Shown one piece after another: positions 17,519 to 27,163 of a stretch of DNA of 64,000 nucleotides. A program made the position numbers and the translations under genes. How positions within the stretch are numbered: the stretch's first letter is position 1; each line of letters begins with the position of its first letter. The stretch is from a virus (Duplodnaviria; Caudoviricetes): positions 3,442-67,441 of IMG/VR virus record IMGVR_UViG_3300036784_000078. One strand, 5' to 3'. The notes under the pieces were generated by a model that made no database searches, was not told the DNA's origin, and saw nothing but the letters and a program-made list of their open reading frames with translations.

Positions 17519-19153
17519 ATGAGCGAGACGCGCACGAACGTCGTCCAGCACTACCGGACGGTCACGGCCAACAACCCGCCAGCGGCGAACGTGCTGGCGG
17601 AGGGCGAGATCGGCATCGAGATGGACGACCCGATGCGGCTGTGGATCGGGGTGCCGGCATCGCTCGATGCGACCGGCCGTAAACTGCTGTTCGATACCTC
17701 GTTGGGCGCATGGCAGGAAGCTCCGACGGACGGGCAGACATACGGGCGCGACGGTGAGGCCGCCGAATGGCTGCCGGTGCTGCCACTGACCGGCGGGACC
17801 CTGACGGGGCCGCTTCTGCTCTCGGGAGCCGCGACCAACGCGCTTGGCGCGGTGACGTTGGCGCAGATGCAGGCGGCTATCGCGGGAGGCGCCAGCCTCA
17901 CCGTTGGACCGACACCGCCGGCATCGCCGACGCAAGGCGCGATGTGGTGGGACAGCGTTGGCGGCCAACTCTACGTTTATTACAACGACGGTTCGTCATC
18001 GCAGTGGGTGGCTGCGTCGAACGCGTCGGGCATCGCCGACGCGCCTTCGGATGCCAACACCTACGGGCGGCACGCGACGGCATGGTTGCCAGTTGCGCCG
18101 ATCGCGTCGCCAGCACTGAGCGGCACACCGACAGCGCCGACCAATGGCACCGCAACTGACGCCAGCACGCAGATCGCCACCGACGCATTCGTCCAGGCTG
18201 CTGCCAAGGTTGCTGTCGCTCCGTCGCTCAACAACGTCGGCCGCAACCTGCTGCACAACGCATTGTTCAACGTGCAGCAGCGCGGCACGGGACCGTGGAC
18301 CGTCGGAGGCTATACCGCAGACCGGTGGAATTTGCAGACAACTGGTGATGCGGCGAATGCACAGATCGCCGCCCAAATCGATGCCGGCCGCACCGCTATC
18401 GGAGATGAAAGCTGCCAATCCGTCATGCAAACAGCGGTGACAGGCAATGCAGCAGCAGGTTCCTATAGCGGACTCGCGCAAGGGATCGAACACATTAGAC
18501 GGCTGTCGGGCAAAACCGTTACCGTGTCGTTTTGGGCCTATTGCGGAACAGCCTATAAAATCGGCATCAACATCCTTCAAATTTTCGGCTCTGGCGGCTC
18601 GCCCGCGCCGGCCCAGTGGGCATTGGCAACCGGCGCTGCCGTGACTCTTAACACGTCCTGGACGCGGTACAGTGCCACCATCGTGATGCCCACCGCAGCC
18701 GGTCAGACATTTGGCACGAATGGCGATGATTCCGCGTGGTTGTGGCTGTGGCTGTCATCCGGCGCGACCAACGCGCCCGTCGCCGGCAATATCGGCGTGC
18801 AAACCGGCACGGTGGACATCTGGGGTGTCCAACTTGAGGTTGGCAGCGTTGCGACGCCATTGGAAAAGCCCGACCCGCAGCAGGACCTCGCGCGATGCCA
18901 GCGGTTCTACAGTAATATCTCCGTCAGCTTAGTCGGTTATAATGGCACTGGGGCACCGATAGGCCAAACAGTATGTTGGCCGGTCACGATGCGGGTCGCC
19001 CCGTCAGTCACCTTTAGCAATCCCACCTACACCAACGCATCGGGCGTCACCAGTGGGGGCGCTTCTACCGGAGGGGCTTTGATCTATGCTGTTGTCACTG
19101 GGACCGGCGCTGCGCAATTCAGTGCGTTCGTAACCGCCTCGGCGGACCTCTGA
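17519..19153 (+). CDS. Fibre/receptor-binding-like protein 1
   Basis: LAEGEIGI, EAPxDGxxYGR repeats, LPLTGGTLTGPL, GRNLLHNALFNVQQRG ... GVQLEVG...LARCQRFY. Confidence 0.8.
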   Translation: MSETRTNVVQHYRTVTANNPPAANVLAEGEIGIEMDDPMRLWIGVPASLDATGRKLLFDTSLGAWQEAPTDGQTYGRDGEAAEWLPVLPLTGGTLTGPLLLSGAATNALGAVTLAQMQAAIAGGASLTVGPTPPASPTQGAMWWDSVGGQLYVYYNDGSSSQWVAASNASGIADAPSDANTYGRHATAWLPVAPIASPALSGTPTAPTNGTATDASTQIATDAFVQAAAKVAVAPSLNNVGRNLLHNALFNVQQRGTGPWTVGGYTADRWNLQTTGDAANAQIAAQIDAGRTAIGDESCQSVMQTAVTGNAAAGSYSGLAQGIEHIRRLSGKTVTVSFWAYCGTAYKIGINILQIFGSGGSPAPAQWALATGAAVTLNTSWTRYSATIVMPTAAGQTFGTNGDDSAWLWLWLSSGATNAPVAGNIGVQTGTVDIWGVQLEVGSVATPLEKPDPQQDLARCQRFYSNISVSLVGYNGTGAPIGQTVCWPVTMRVAPSVTFSNPTYTNASGVTSGGASTGGALIYAVVTGTGAAQFSAFVTASADL

Positions 19154-19154
19154 C

Positions 19155-20411
19155 GTGGCCCTCGATTTCCCCAACGCGCCGACAGTCGGCCAGACCTTCA
19201 CCGGTCCAAACGGTGTGGTGTGGACGTGGGATAGCGTGAAGTGGACCGCGGCCTCGACTGGTGATGCCTATCTGCCGCTGACCGGCGGCACGTTGACGGG
19301 GCCGTTGACGCTGGCGGCTGATCCCACGGTCCCGCTCGGAACGGCGACCAAGCAATATGCGGACACCAAGGCGCCGCTGGCGTCGCCGGCTCTGACCGGC
19401 ATCCCGACGGTGCCGACCGCAGCGCCCGGCACCGCGACGACGCAAGCGGCGAGCACCGCGTTCGTGGCGGCTGCGGTGGCGCCAGCGTTCAACAACGTCG
19501 GCCGCAACCTGCTGCACAATCCATTGTTCAACGTACAGCAGCGCGGCGCGGGACAGTGGTCAGCCAGCGGCTCCTATACCGCTGATCGATGGTTGCTTGA
19601 CATGGCCAGCGATACATCGTCGGCCGCCATCAGTCTCGCAAATGACGCAGCACGCGCTCAAATTGGCGATGAAGCATGCCGCTATCTGATCGGTGTCGCT
19701 GCCGCAGGCAATGCTGCTGCGGGGGCGTATACCCTGTTGATACAGAGGATCGAGTCGCTACAGCGATTGTCGGGCAAGACTGTGACTATCTCGTTTTGGG
19801 CGGGCGGCTCTGCACTGAAACTGGGTGTGTCACTAGACTCGACATTCGGCACGGGAGGTTCGCCGTCCGCGACGGTGTCAGGAAACGGACAGGCGGTTAA
19901 CGTAACCGGCACTTATACCCGTTTTTCACTTACCTTCGCCGTTCCATCGTCTGCTGGGATGACTTTCGGCACGAACGGCGATGATTTCCTGGCACTCAAT
20001 TTATGGTTCTCAAATGGCAGTAACTTTACCGTCCGCTCCGGTGGTGTGGGCGTGCAGACCGGCAGCTTTTATATATGGGGCGTGCAACTCGAAGTGGGCA
20101 CCGTCGCCACGCCGCTGGAAAAGCCCGACCCGCAGCAGGACCTCGCGCGATGCCAGCGGTTTTATCAGACCCTGAGCTCACTCATGGCGCAAGGATACAA
20201 CGTAGCAGGCGTGAACGTCTATAATGCAATACCATTGCCAGTGGTCATGCGTGCATCGCCAACCGTCACGCAACAGGCGGCCGGGAGTGCTGGCAATGCT
20301 ACGTTATTAGCCGCTTTCGGTGCGACGGATCATCTGCAAATGGCCGCTAACATCACTGGGACGGGATACGGTTACATAAGCGCTAACTATCAATTGTCGG
20401 CGGACCTGTGA
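19155..20411 (+). CDS. Fibre/receptor-binding-like protein 2 (paralogue)
   Basis: MALDFPNAPTVGQ..WTWD, same GRNLLHN...LARCQRFY module. Confidence 0.8.
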   Translation: MALDFPNAPTVGQTFTGPNGVVWTWDSVKWTAASTGDAYLPLTGGTLTGPLTLAADPTVPLGTATKQYADTKAPLASPALTGIPTVPTAAPGTATTQAASTAFVAAAVAPAFNNVGRNLLHNPLFNVQQRGAGQWSASGSYTADRWLLDMASDTSSAAISLANDAARAQIGDEACRYLIGVAAAGNAAAGAYTLLIQRIESLQRLSGKTVTISFWAGGSALKLGVSLDSTFGTGGSPSATVSGNGQAVNVTGTYTRFSLTFAVPSSAGMTFGTNGDDFLALNLWFSNGSNFTVRSGGVGVQTGSFYIWGVQLEVGTVATPLEKPDPQQDLARCQRFYQTLSSLMAQGYNVAGVNVYNAIPLPVVMRASPTVTQQAAGSAGNATLLAAFGATDHLQMAANITGTGYGYISANYQLSADL

Positions 20412-20418
20412 GGCTTGC

Positions 20419-20778
20419 ATGGCAGAACCATACCAGCTCGTGACTAACTCCGATGGCGTGCTGCGCGTCGAGGACAACGCGTATATTCCGAATGACGGCG
20501 GCAATCGCGACTGGCAGGAATATCAAGATTGGCTTGCCGCTGGGAACACGCCCGATCCGGCGCCGCCGTTGCCCGAGATTGTGCCCGTGCCAGACTCCAA
20601 CAAGCGGCTGGATAATGGCGTGACAGCGGCGACCGATGCGTATGAGGAATATACCCCCGCCGTGAACCAACGCGCTGCGGCGGGCGAGCCATCGGTCGAA
20701 GAACGCTTGCTGCGACTAGAGCAAACCATCAAGGCCATGTGCGATGGACATATGGCCGATGCCTCGCCAGGGTTCTGA
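20419..20778 (+). CDS. Fibre assembly chaperone-like protein
   Basis: YQL...IPNDGGNRDWQEYQDWLAAGNTPDPA motif after fibre genes. Confidence 0.7.
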   Translation: MAEPYQLVTNSDGVLRVEDNAYIPNDGGNRDWQEYQDWLAAGNTPDPAPPLPEIVPVPDSNKRLDNGVTAATDAYEEYTPAVNQRAAAGEPSVEERLLRLEQTIKAMCDGHMADASPGF

Positions 20779-21365
20779 TGGCGGCGAGCGCGTTCGACAT
20801 CAAAAAGACCGTCGATAATGTCGCGACGCTGGTGCAGCGGATCGCGAGCCTGACCGCATCTGACGTGCTGGCGGGCGTGCCCGCCGCCAAGGCCGGCCGA
20901 CGTGATGGCACGGTAACGAACGCGATGCTAGCGTTTGTTCATGAGTTCGGCAGCCCCGCGCATAACATCCCGGCGCGGCCGTTCATCTATCCCGGCATAA
21001 GGGCGGCAAAGCCCGCCATCGTGGCGGCCATGCGCCAGGGGGGCCAGGACATCCTGCGCGGGCAAGGGAGCGTGGACCGGACGCTGAACACGGTCGGGAT
21101 GCTGGCGCGCAATGGGATGGTGGACGCGATCACCAATCCCGACCCACCGTTCGTGCCGTTGAAGCCGGCGACGATCCGGGCGCGGTTGCGGCGGACGCAG
21201 GCGGGACGGCGGCAGCTGCGGAAGATCGGTGCCGCGGCGAAGATGATGCCAGGGATGACGGCGGACATGGCGCTGCTGATCTGGGCGGCGCAGGGGAACA
21301 TCCAGCCGTTAATCGACAGTGGGCAACTCCGTTCGAGCCTGACGTATGCCGTGGTGAAGCGCTGA
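20778..21365 (+). CDS. Neck/tail-completion protein
   Basis: AFVHEFGSP..NIPARPFI and PLIDSGQLRSSLTY motifs. Confidence 0.8.
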   Translation: MAASAFDIKKTVDNVATLVQRIASLTASDVLAGVPAAKAGRRDGTVTNAMLAFVHEFGSPAHNIPARPFIYPGIRAAKPAIVAAMRQGGQDILRGQGSVDRTLNTVGMLARNGMVDAITNPDPPFVPLKPATIRARLRRTQAGRRQLRKIGAAAKMMPGMTADMALLIWAAQGNIQPLIDSGQLRSSLTYAVVKR

Positions 21366-21481
21366 GGGGTGTTGAAGGGTGTTGCAGCCCTGTGGGGAGG
21401 GATGGAGGGGGGAGGATAGGAAACTGCCCTGGCGCCCCTCCGTAGCCCCGGCGCGGGGCGGTTTGAGCGATGGGGGGTGCG

Positions 21482-22027
21482 ATGGCCCTGATCTCGGTCT
21501 CCGAGCTTCTTTTGGACCCGGACTTCGTCGACACCTGCACCGTCATGCGGATGATCGAAACGGTAGGCCAGGACGGGATCTCCTATCGCCGTGTGGTGCC
21601 GATTCAAATCCTTGCCTCGATCCAGGCGGCCTCCGGGGACGAACTGGTGATGACGCCAGATGCGGCGCGGACCAGCGCCAGCTACGAATGCATCACGACC
21701 TTTCCGCTGAACGAAGCAACCGAGACCGCCGCCGCCGATGAGGTGCTGTGGCAGGGCATGACGTTCACCGTCGTCACGGTGAGCCGGTTCGGCAACTTCT
21801 CCGGCAATCGCGGGCATTACGAGGCGGTGATGGCGTTGCAGCCGGTGCGCACGCGAGCGACCGAGGGAATGTGGGATCGCGGTCAGACGATCTGGGATGA
21901 CGGCGCCACCGTTTGGGATGCCGCCGGCAACCAGGGTTCGCCAGCGACGACCGCGTGGGATGCCGCCGCCACCACGTGGCAGGACGGCACCGAGAGCACA
22001 GTCTGGGATGTGGAGCCAAGCCAATGA
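21482..22027 (+). CDS. Head-closure/adaptor protein with C-terminal Trp-Asp repeats
   Basis: SELLLDPDFVD N-terminus; position in the neck cluster. Confidence 0.7.
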   Translation: MALISVSELLLDPDFVDTCTVMRMIETVGQDGISYRRVVPIQILASIQAASGDELVMTPDAARTSASYECITTFPLNEATETAAADEVLWQGMTFTVVTVSRFGNFSGNRGHYEAVMALQPVRTRATEGMWDRGQTIWDDGATVWDAAGNQGSPATTAWDAAATTWQDGTESTVWDVEPSQ

Positions 22028-22299
22028 GCGGAAACGGCGGGACCCTTGTTGCCACCATCGATCCGACCAAGCCGGCCGGCCCGAATGCACAGACCGCTGA
22101 TGTGCGGGCCAATTTCGCTGCCACGCTGGCGATCGCGACCGACCATGAGACGCGGATCGAGACCCTGGAATCGCAGGCGTTCATGACGCCTGCCACGCCG
22201 CCGCAGATCACCGGCTCGCGCACCGACGGCACCGCGCTCGCCAGCTTGCTCACTGCGTTGGCTGGACTTGGTCTTGTCGTGGATGGGAGCACGCCATGA
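22024..22299 (+). CDS. Small putative structural protein
   Basis: IDPTKP..TADVRANF N-terminus; ITGSR..ALASLLTALAGLGLVVD C-terminus. Confidence 0.65.
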   Translation: MSGNGGTLVATIDPTKPAGPNAQTADVRANFAATLAIATDHETRIETLESQAFMTPATPPQITGSRTDGTALASLLTALAGLGLVVDGSTP

Positions 22300-22511
22300 G
22301 CGATCTGCCGGAGCCGGAAAACCTCGCCGAGTTGGCCGCCGCCGCCGGGCGACCGCCGGCCGCGACCGACGACATCGACCTGCTGGAAGCCCAATGCCGC
22401 GCGTTCATCGATCGGTTGGGCCGGGGCGATGCGAGCGCGATGGCGCGTACCAAACTGGCGGAAATGACCTTCTGGATGCGCAGCCAGCGTCAGGCACGCC
22501 CGGATGGCTAA
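22296..22511 (+). CDS. Small helical-hairpin protein
   Basis: ATGA-coupled; SAMARTKLAEMTFW motif. Confidence 0.55.
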   Translation: MSDLPEPENLAELAAAAGRPPAATDDIDLLEAQCRAFIDRLGRGDASAMARTKLAEMTFWMRSQRQARPDG

Positions 22512-22776
22512 ACCCGATCAGGTCGGGCGACTAGCCTTCCGGGTCGAGGGCGAGTTCTGGAATGCCTATTACGCCCGGGCCGACAGCATGAAGGATGCGA
22601 TGCTGCTTGGCAGCCTGCATATGCGGCTGGCGTCACTGGAGCCGAGCAAACGACAGTTCATGGCTTTGATGCAGAGCGCCTTTACGGTTCTGTTCAAAGA
22701 CGCGACTGGGGCGACCTTGGCATGGCCTGAAGGGCCACAGCCAGCACCCGAGCATGAGCGGTCGCGAGACGCATGA
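22504..22776 (+). CDS. Conserved hypothetical protein
   Basis: GRLAFRVEGEFWNAYYA motif; overlaps both neighbours. Confidence 0.65.
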   Translation: MAKPDQVGRLAFRVEGEFWNAYYARADSMKDAMLLGSLHMRLASLEPSKRQFMALMQSAFTVLFKDATGATLAWPEGPQPAPEHERSRDA

Positions 22777-23450
22777 GCGGCACCTCCGCGACCGGCGGCT
22801 ATATCGGGCCAGTCGCGCCCCAGCCGCCAACCGCCGATGCCGTGCAGAGCGGCCTGCAACAGATGGTGACGGCGCTCTCCGGCCTGCCCGGCCCCCTCGT
22901 TCGCCCGCGCTGGCAGCCCATGCCGCCAACCCAGCCCGATGTGGCGACGACCTGGGCCTCGATCGGCGTGACGATGGTGGAAGCCGACGAATATCCCTAC
23001 CTGCGGCACTATGGCGGCACGCCCATGCAGCCAGGAATGCCGCCCGGCTACAGCGTGATGCAGCGGCATATGACGCTGACGGTGGTGGTGACGTTCTACG
23101 GGCCAGCGGCGGAGGACGCCGCCGGCATGATGCGGGACGGGCTCTACGTGGGGCAGAACTTCGAGCCGCTGATGAGCCTCGGGCTGAAGCTGCGGACGAT
23201 CCATGACCTCGCCCGCGCGCCCGAAGAAATCAACCGGCAGTATGTCGATCGGGTGGATCTGCGGCTCGAGCTGCGCCAGCAGGTCAACCGGACTTACCCG
23301 ATTTTCGATCTGGTCGGGGCCGATGTCGATCTGATCAGCGAGAGCGTGAGCACGAGCGTCAGCGTTAGGGTGCCCGAGACGCAATACCTGACGGACGATC
23401 AAGGCCGCTGGATCGTGGACGACCAGGGCCGGCCGATACCGATCACCTGA
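22773..23450 (+). CDS. Tail terminator/neck protein
   Basis: LVRPRWQPMPP, VTFYGP, YVDRVDL motifs; directly before the sheath gene. Confidence 0.8.
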   Translation: MSGTSATGGYIGPVAPQPPTADAVQSGLQQMVTALSGLPGPLVRPRWQPMPPTQPDVATTWASIGVTMVEADEYPYLRHYGGTPMQPGMPPGYSVMQRHMTLTVVVTFYGPAAEDAAGMMRDGLYVGQNFEPLMSLGLKLRTIHDLARAPEEINRQYVDRVDLRLELRQQVNRTYPIFDLVGADVDLISESVSTSVSVRVPETQYLTDDQGRWIVDDQGRPIPIT

Positions 23451-23495
23451 CCGCGGCCATCCCCACCGACAATCCCCTTCTTGGAGAGCCGAGCC

Positions 23496-25346
23496 ATGCC
23501 CGGTTTGAGCATAACCGACATCGTCAACGTGCCGATCATCATGGCGCCGACTGCGGTGCCGGTGCGCAATTTCGGGACGCTTATCCTCGCCGGGCCAAGC
23601 CCGGTGATCGATGTCAATGAGCGGCTGCGCGAATACACGACGCTGGATGGCGTGACTGCGGACTTCGGAACCGAGGCGCCGGAATACCTCGCCGCCGATG
23701 CCTTCTACGCGCAGTCGCCGCAGCCCTCGGTCCTCTATATCGGCCGGTTCGCGCAGACCGCCTCGAGCGGCGTGCTGCATGGCGGCATCCTGAGCGCGAC
23801 CCAGCAGATGACGTTGTTGCAGCAGCTGTCGCTGGTGACTGACGGGACGATGCAAATCACAATCGATGGCACGCAACGGCTGGTGGAAAAATCCTCCGCG
23901 CTGCTGACCTCGGGCGTGTTTACCGCAGCCGCGCAAGGCGCGCTCCTGACTAACTTGCAAGGCATCGCGAACGGCGCGTTTGCGCTGACGATCAGCGGCA
24001 CCGCCGTCGATACCGGGCCGATCAGCTTCGCCGCGATCACCACGCTCGAGGAAGCGGCGGAGGCGATTCAGGCGGCGGCGACCATCAGCCCGCTCGCGAC
24101 GGTGACGTGGAACGCGACGACCGGGCAGTTCGTGCTGGCGACGATCGCGACGGGCGGCACGCAGTCGGTGACCTATGCCTCGGCTCCTGCGGCGGGGACC
24201 GATATCAGCGGCATTCTGCAGCTTGCCGCCGGCAGCGGCGCGACCGTGACGCAAGGTGCCGACGGCATGAACTTCTCCGGGATCACCAACCTGAACGGAG
24301 CGGCGCAAATCCTGTCATACGCGCTGAGCGGCGGGGTCTGCGTGTGGGACGGCACGCGGTTCAACATCACCTCGGTCTCCTCCGGGCCCACCTCGACGGT
24401 GTCCTACGCGACCTCGGCCGGGGTCGGCCAGGATGTCTCGGTGATGCTGCAACTGACGTCGGGAGTCGCCTCGGTGCCGGTCGGCGGGATCGCCGCCGAA
24501 ACGGCGCTGGCCTGCGCCAACGCGCTGCGGGCGCATCCGGAGTGGTATGCGCTTGCTTTCGCGCTGACGACCGACATTGCCCAAAGCGACTATGAGGCGG
24601 TGGCATCGTTCATCGAAGGCTGCTCGCCGCCGAGCGTCTTTCTCTACACGACACAGAATTCGCAGGCGCTCGATCCGACCGTGACGACCGATCTGCCCTC
24701 GGTGCTGATGGGCGAATCGTTGCAGCGGAGCTTCGGGCAATACAGCTCGGCAAGCCCCTATGCGGCGGTCTCGCTATTCGCCCGGTTCGCGACGATCGAC
24801 TTCCAGGGCAGCAACACGATGATTACCGGCAAGTTCAAGCAAGAGCCGACGATCCTGGGCGAGGTGCTGACCGAGAACGAGGCGGCGGCGCTGAAGGGCA
24901 AGAACTGCAACGTCTTCGTCTATTACAGCGTCGGCGTCTCGATCGTGCAGGAGGCGGTGATGGCGAACGGCTACTTCATCGACGAGCGGATCGGGATGGA
25001 TGCCTGCGCCAATCAGGTGCAGACCGATCTGTTCAATGTGCTCTACCAGGCGCCGAAGGTGCCGCAGACCGATGCTGGCGTGCATCTGCTGGTGACGACG
25101 GTGGCGAACTCGTTGGTGATCTTCGTCAATAACGGGTTCATCGCGCCAGGGCAGTGGAACGGGCCGCCGATCGGGCAGTTGCAGACCGGGCAGCAGTTGC
25201 CGCTCGGCTACTACATTTTCGCGCCGTTGGTGGCGAGCCAGCCGCAGTCGATCCGTGAGACGCGCGTCGCGCCGACCCTGCAGGCGGCGATCAAGCTGGC
25301 CGGGGCGATTCACTTCGCGGAATGTATCATCAGCGTAAATAGATGA
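23496..25346 (+). CDS. Tail sheath protein (DUF3383 family)
   Basis: DIVNV...RNFG, YLAADAFYAQSPQP, TGKFKQEP, GYFIDERIG, KVPQTDAG motifs. Confidence 0.92.
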   Translation: MPGLSITDIVNVPIIMAPTAVPVRNFGTLILAGPSPVIDVNERLREYTTLDGVTADFGTEAPEYLAADAFYAQSPQPSVLYIGRFAQTASSGVLHGGILSATQQMTLLQQLSLVTDGTMQITIDGTQRLVEKSSALLTSGVFTAAAQGALLTNLQGIANGAFALTISGTAVDTGPISFAAITTLEEAAEAIQAAATISPLATVTWNATTGQFVLATIATGGTQSVTYASAPAAGTDISGILQLAAGSGATVTQGADGMNFSGITNLNGAAQILSYALSGGVCVWDGTRFNITSVSSGPTSTVSYATSAGVGQDVSVMLQLTSGVASVPVGGIAAETALACANALRAHPEWYALAFALTTDIAQSDYEAVASFIEGCSPPSVFLYTTQNSQALDPTVTTDLPSVLMGESLQRSFGQYSSASPYAAVSLFARFATIDFQGSNTMITGKFKQEPTILGEVLTENEAAALKGKNCNVFVYYSVGVSIVQEAVMANGYFIDERIGMDACANQVQTDLFNVLYQAPKVPQTDAGVHLLVTTVANSLVIFVNNGFIAPGQWNGPPIGQLQTGQQLPLGYYIFAPLVASQPQSIRETRVAPTLQAAIKLAGAIHFAECIISVNR

Positions 25347-25356
25347 GCGTAACGAC

Positions 25357-25980
25357 TTAGCGCGGCGCGCGTGCGGTGAGCCATTCGTCCATGGTCTTGT
25401 CGCCCTTCGATGTGTTGCACGGATGACAAAGGCATTGGAGGTTGTCCGGCCAGTTTGTGCCATGTCGGCTGAGCGGAATGATGTGATCGACATGGAAGCG
25501 GCGAAGGAGATCGGTGCCGCATCCGTTGCAGTGGTAGCCTTGCTGTTCGAGTAGCCGCTCGATGTCATCTTCTGTGAAAGAGCCGGGGGCGGACACGAGG
25601 CGTGCCCGGTACCGCGCTGCGATGGCCAGACGCTTGACCGGGTTGTTTTTGCACCATTGCCTTCCGGCTTCGGCGTGTGCCTCTGGGTTGCTTAAGCGCC
25701 AGCGTCTACTGAATAGCGTCGCGCGTTCCTGGTTCTCGCGGCGCCATTGGCGGAAGTATTCGCGCGAGTGGTCAAGGTTCGCCTGTCTCCATGCTTTCTG
25801 ACGCTGAGTGAATTCCTCGCGTTTCGCCTTTTGTCGAGCGAGGAAGTGATCATTGCCACACTGAGTGCATAAGCCGGAGATCGTCCATCGCGCGACGATG
25901 TGCCCGCGCAAGCATGGCTTGCCGGTGAAGTAGCGCCGGAGTCCCAGCGACTTCGCGTTCTGTCTGCTGATAATGTCCAT
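25357..25980 (-). CDS. Free-standing HNH homing endonuclease
   Basis: YFTGKPCLRGH; CNGC..FHVDHIIPLSRHGTNWPDNLQCLCHPCNTSK. Confidence 0.9.
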   Translation of the reverse strand: MDIISRQNAKSLGLRRYFTGKPCLRGHIVARWTISGLCTQCGNDHFLARQKAKREEFTQRQKAWRQANLDHSREYFRQWRRENQERATLFSRRWRLSNPEAHAEAGRQWCKNNPVKRLAIAARYRARLVSAPGSFTEDDIERLLEQQGYHCNGCGTDLLRRFHVDHIIPLSRHGTNWPDNLQCLCHPCNTSKGDKTMDEWLTARAPR

Positions 25981-25986
25981 GCGGAT

Positions 25987-26015
25987 ATTATACAGCATTG
26001 TTAAGCACTTGGCAA
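25987..26015 (-). promoter_or_regulatory. Leaderless-type sigma70 promoter for HNH 25980
   Basis: TTGCCA-17 bp-TATAAT, 6 nt before the ATG. Confidence 0.78.
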
Positions 26016-26029
26016 AAGGAGGGTGTGCT

Positions 26030-26482
26030 ATCGCAACGTATTCGTTCATGGATGTTCAGGCGTCCATTGTCGGTCCGGGAGGCTCCTTTTCATTGGGCTA
26101 CGGGTCTGGGAACTCCGAGGAAGCTATTTCCATTGCGATGACGGAAGACAAGTCAACGATGACCGTCGGCGCCGATGGGTCCGTGATGCACTCGCTGCAT
26201 GCCGGCAACAGCGGCACGGTGACGCTGCGCTATCTGAAGACCGCGCCCACTAATAACCAGCTTGCCGTGATGTATGACTTCCAGCGCGTGTCGTCGGCGC
26301 TGTGGGGACAGAATACCATCGTGATTTCCGACCCGGCGAGAGGCGACACGATCACCTGCACGCAATGCGCGTTCCAACGTTGGCCGAATGTAACCTACGC
26401 GAAAGATGGCGGCGTGCAGGAATGGGCGTTCCATGCCGGGCGGGTCGATGGGCTGCTCGGCGATGGAACTGGGGTCTCGTGA
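26030..26482 (+). CDS. Tail tube protein (DUF3277 family); proposed ATC start
   Basis: xATYSFMDVQASIVGPGG, TMTVGADG, GTVTLRYLKT motifs; SD GGAGG 7 nt before ATC 26030. Confidence 0.88.
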   Translation: MATYSFMDVQASIVGPGGSFSLGYGSGNSEEAISIAMTEDKSTMTVGADGSVMHSLHAGNSGTVTLRYLKTAPTNNQLAVMYDFQRVSSALWGQNTIVISDPARGDTITCTQCAFQRWPNVTYAKDGGVQEWAFHAGRVDGLLGDGTGVS

Positions 26483-26982
26483 TGTTGGAATTCATCGTCG
26501 GCGAGCATCACTACCGGGCGCGCAAGATGAACGCGTTCCAGCAATTCCATGTGGCGCGTCGGCTGGCGCCGGTAATCAGCGAGGTGCTGACGATGGGCGA
26601 TCTGCTGGCAAAGGCCGGCGTAGTCGCGCCGCCGGCCGATGGTGAGGAACCGCCGGCGCCGGACCTGGGCAAGTTGATCGTGCCGTTCGCTGACGCGCTG
26701 TCGAAGGTCTCCGATGGCGACTGCAATTATGTGCTGGGCGCGTGCCTGTCGATGGTGCAGCGACAGCAAGGCGGCAACGGCCAGGGGCCGGCGACCTGGG
26801 CGGACATATGGAGCGAACGGGCCAAGGCGATGATGTTCGAGGATATCAACGCGATGCCGCCGATGATGGAAATCGTGATGCACGTTCTGCAGGACAACCT
26901 GCTCGGTTTTTTCGGCGCCGCGCCGCCGGGGCCGGTAGCGGCTTTGTCGGCTCTGAGGCCTCCCCAGCGGTCCGTTATGTGA
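26482..26982 (+). CDS. Tail assembly chaperone (G)
   Basis: KMNAFQQFHVARRLAP motif; TGATG coupling to the tube gene. Confidence 0.85.
   Translation: MLEFIVGEHHYRARKMNAFQQFHVARRLAPVISEVLTMGDLLAKAGVVAPPADGEEPPAPDLGKLIVPFADALSKVSDGDCNYVLGACLSMVQRQQGGNGQGPATWADIWSERAKAMMFEDINAMPPMMEIVMHVLQDNLLGFFGAAPPGPVAALSALRPPQRSVM
26907..26913 (+). other. Programmed -1 frameshift site giving the G-T chaperone (ends at 27164)
   Basis: T TTT TTC heptamer in frame; the -1 frame encodes YLLRPSVKGMYRMESLLDGTLSLEDVMLANDYLDV. Confidence 0.75.
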
Positions 26983-27163
26983 GCCTGCCGGACGGCGAGG
27001 GCTACCTGCTGCGGCCGTCTGTCAAGGGGATGTATCGTATGGAATCCCTGCTGGACGGCACGCTCAGCCTCGAGGACGTGATGCTCGCCAACGACTATCT
27101 CGACGTGATCGATGAGAACGAGCGACGCTACCTCGTGTGGCGCCAGCAAAATCCGGGAACCTG

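Noticed and set aside
17519-20411. Diversity-generating retroelement acting on the paralogous fibres
   Set aside because: No reverse transcriptase or Avd in the window; differences between the copies are not confined to adenine positions; both copies are full ORFs
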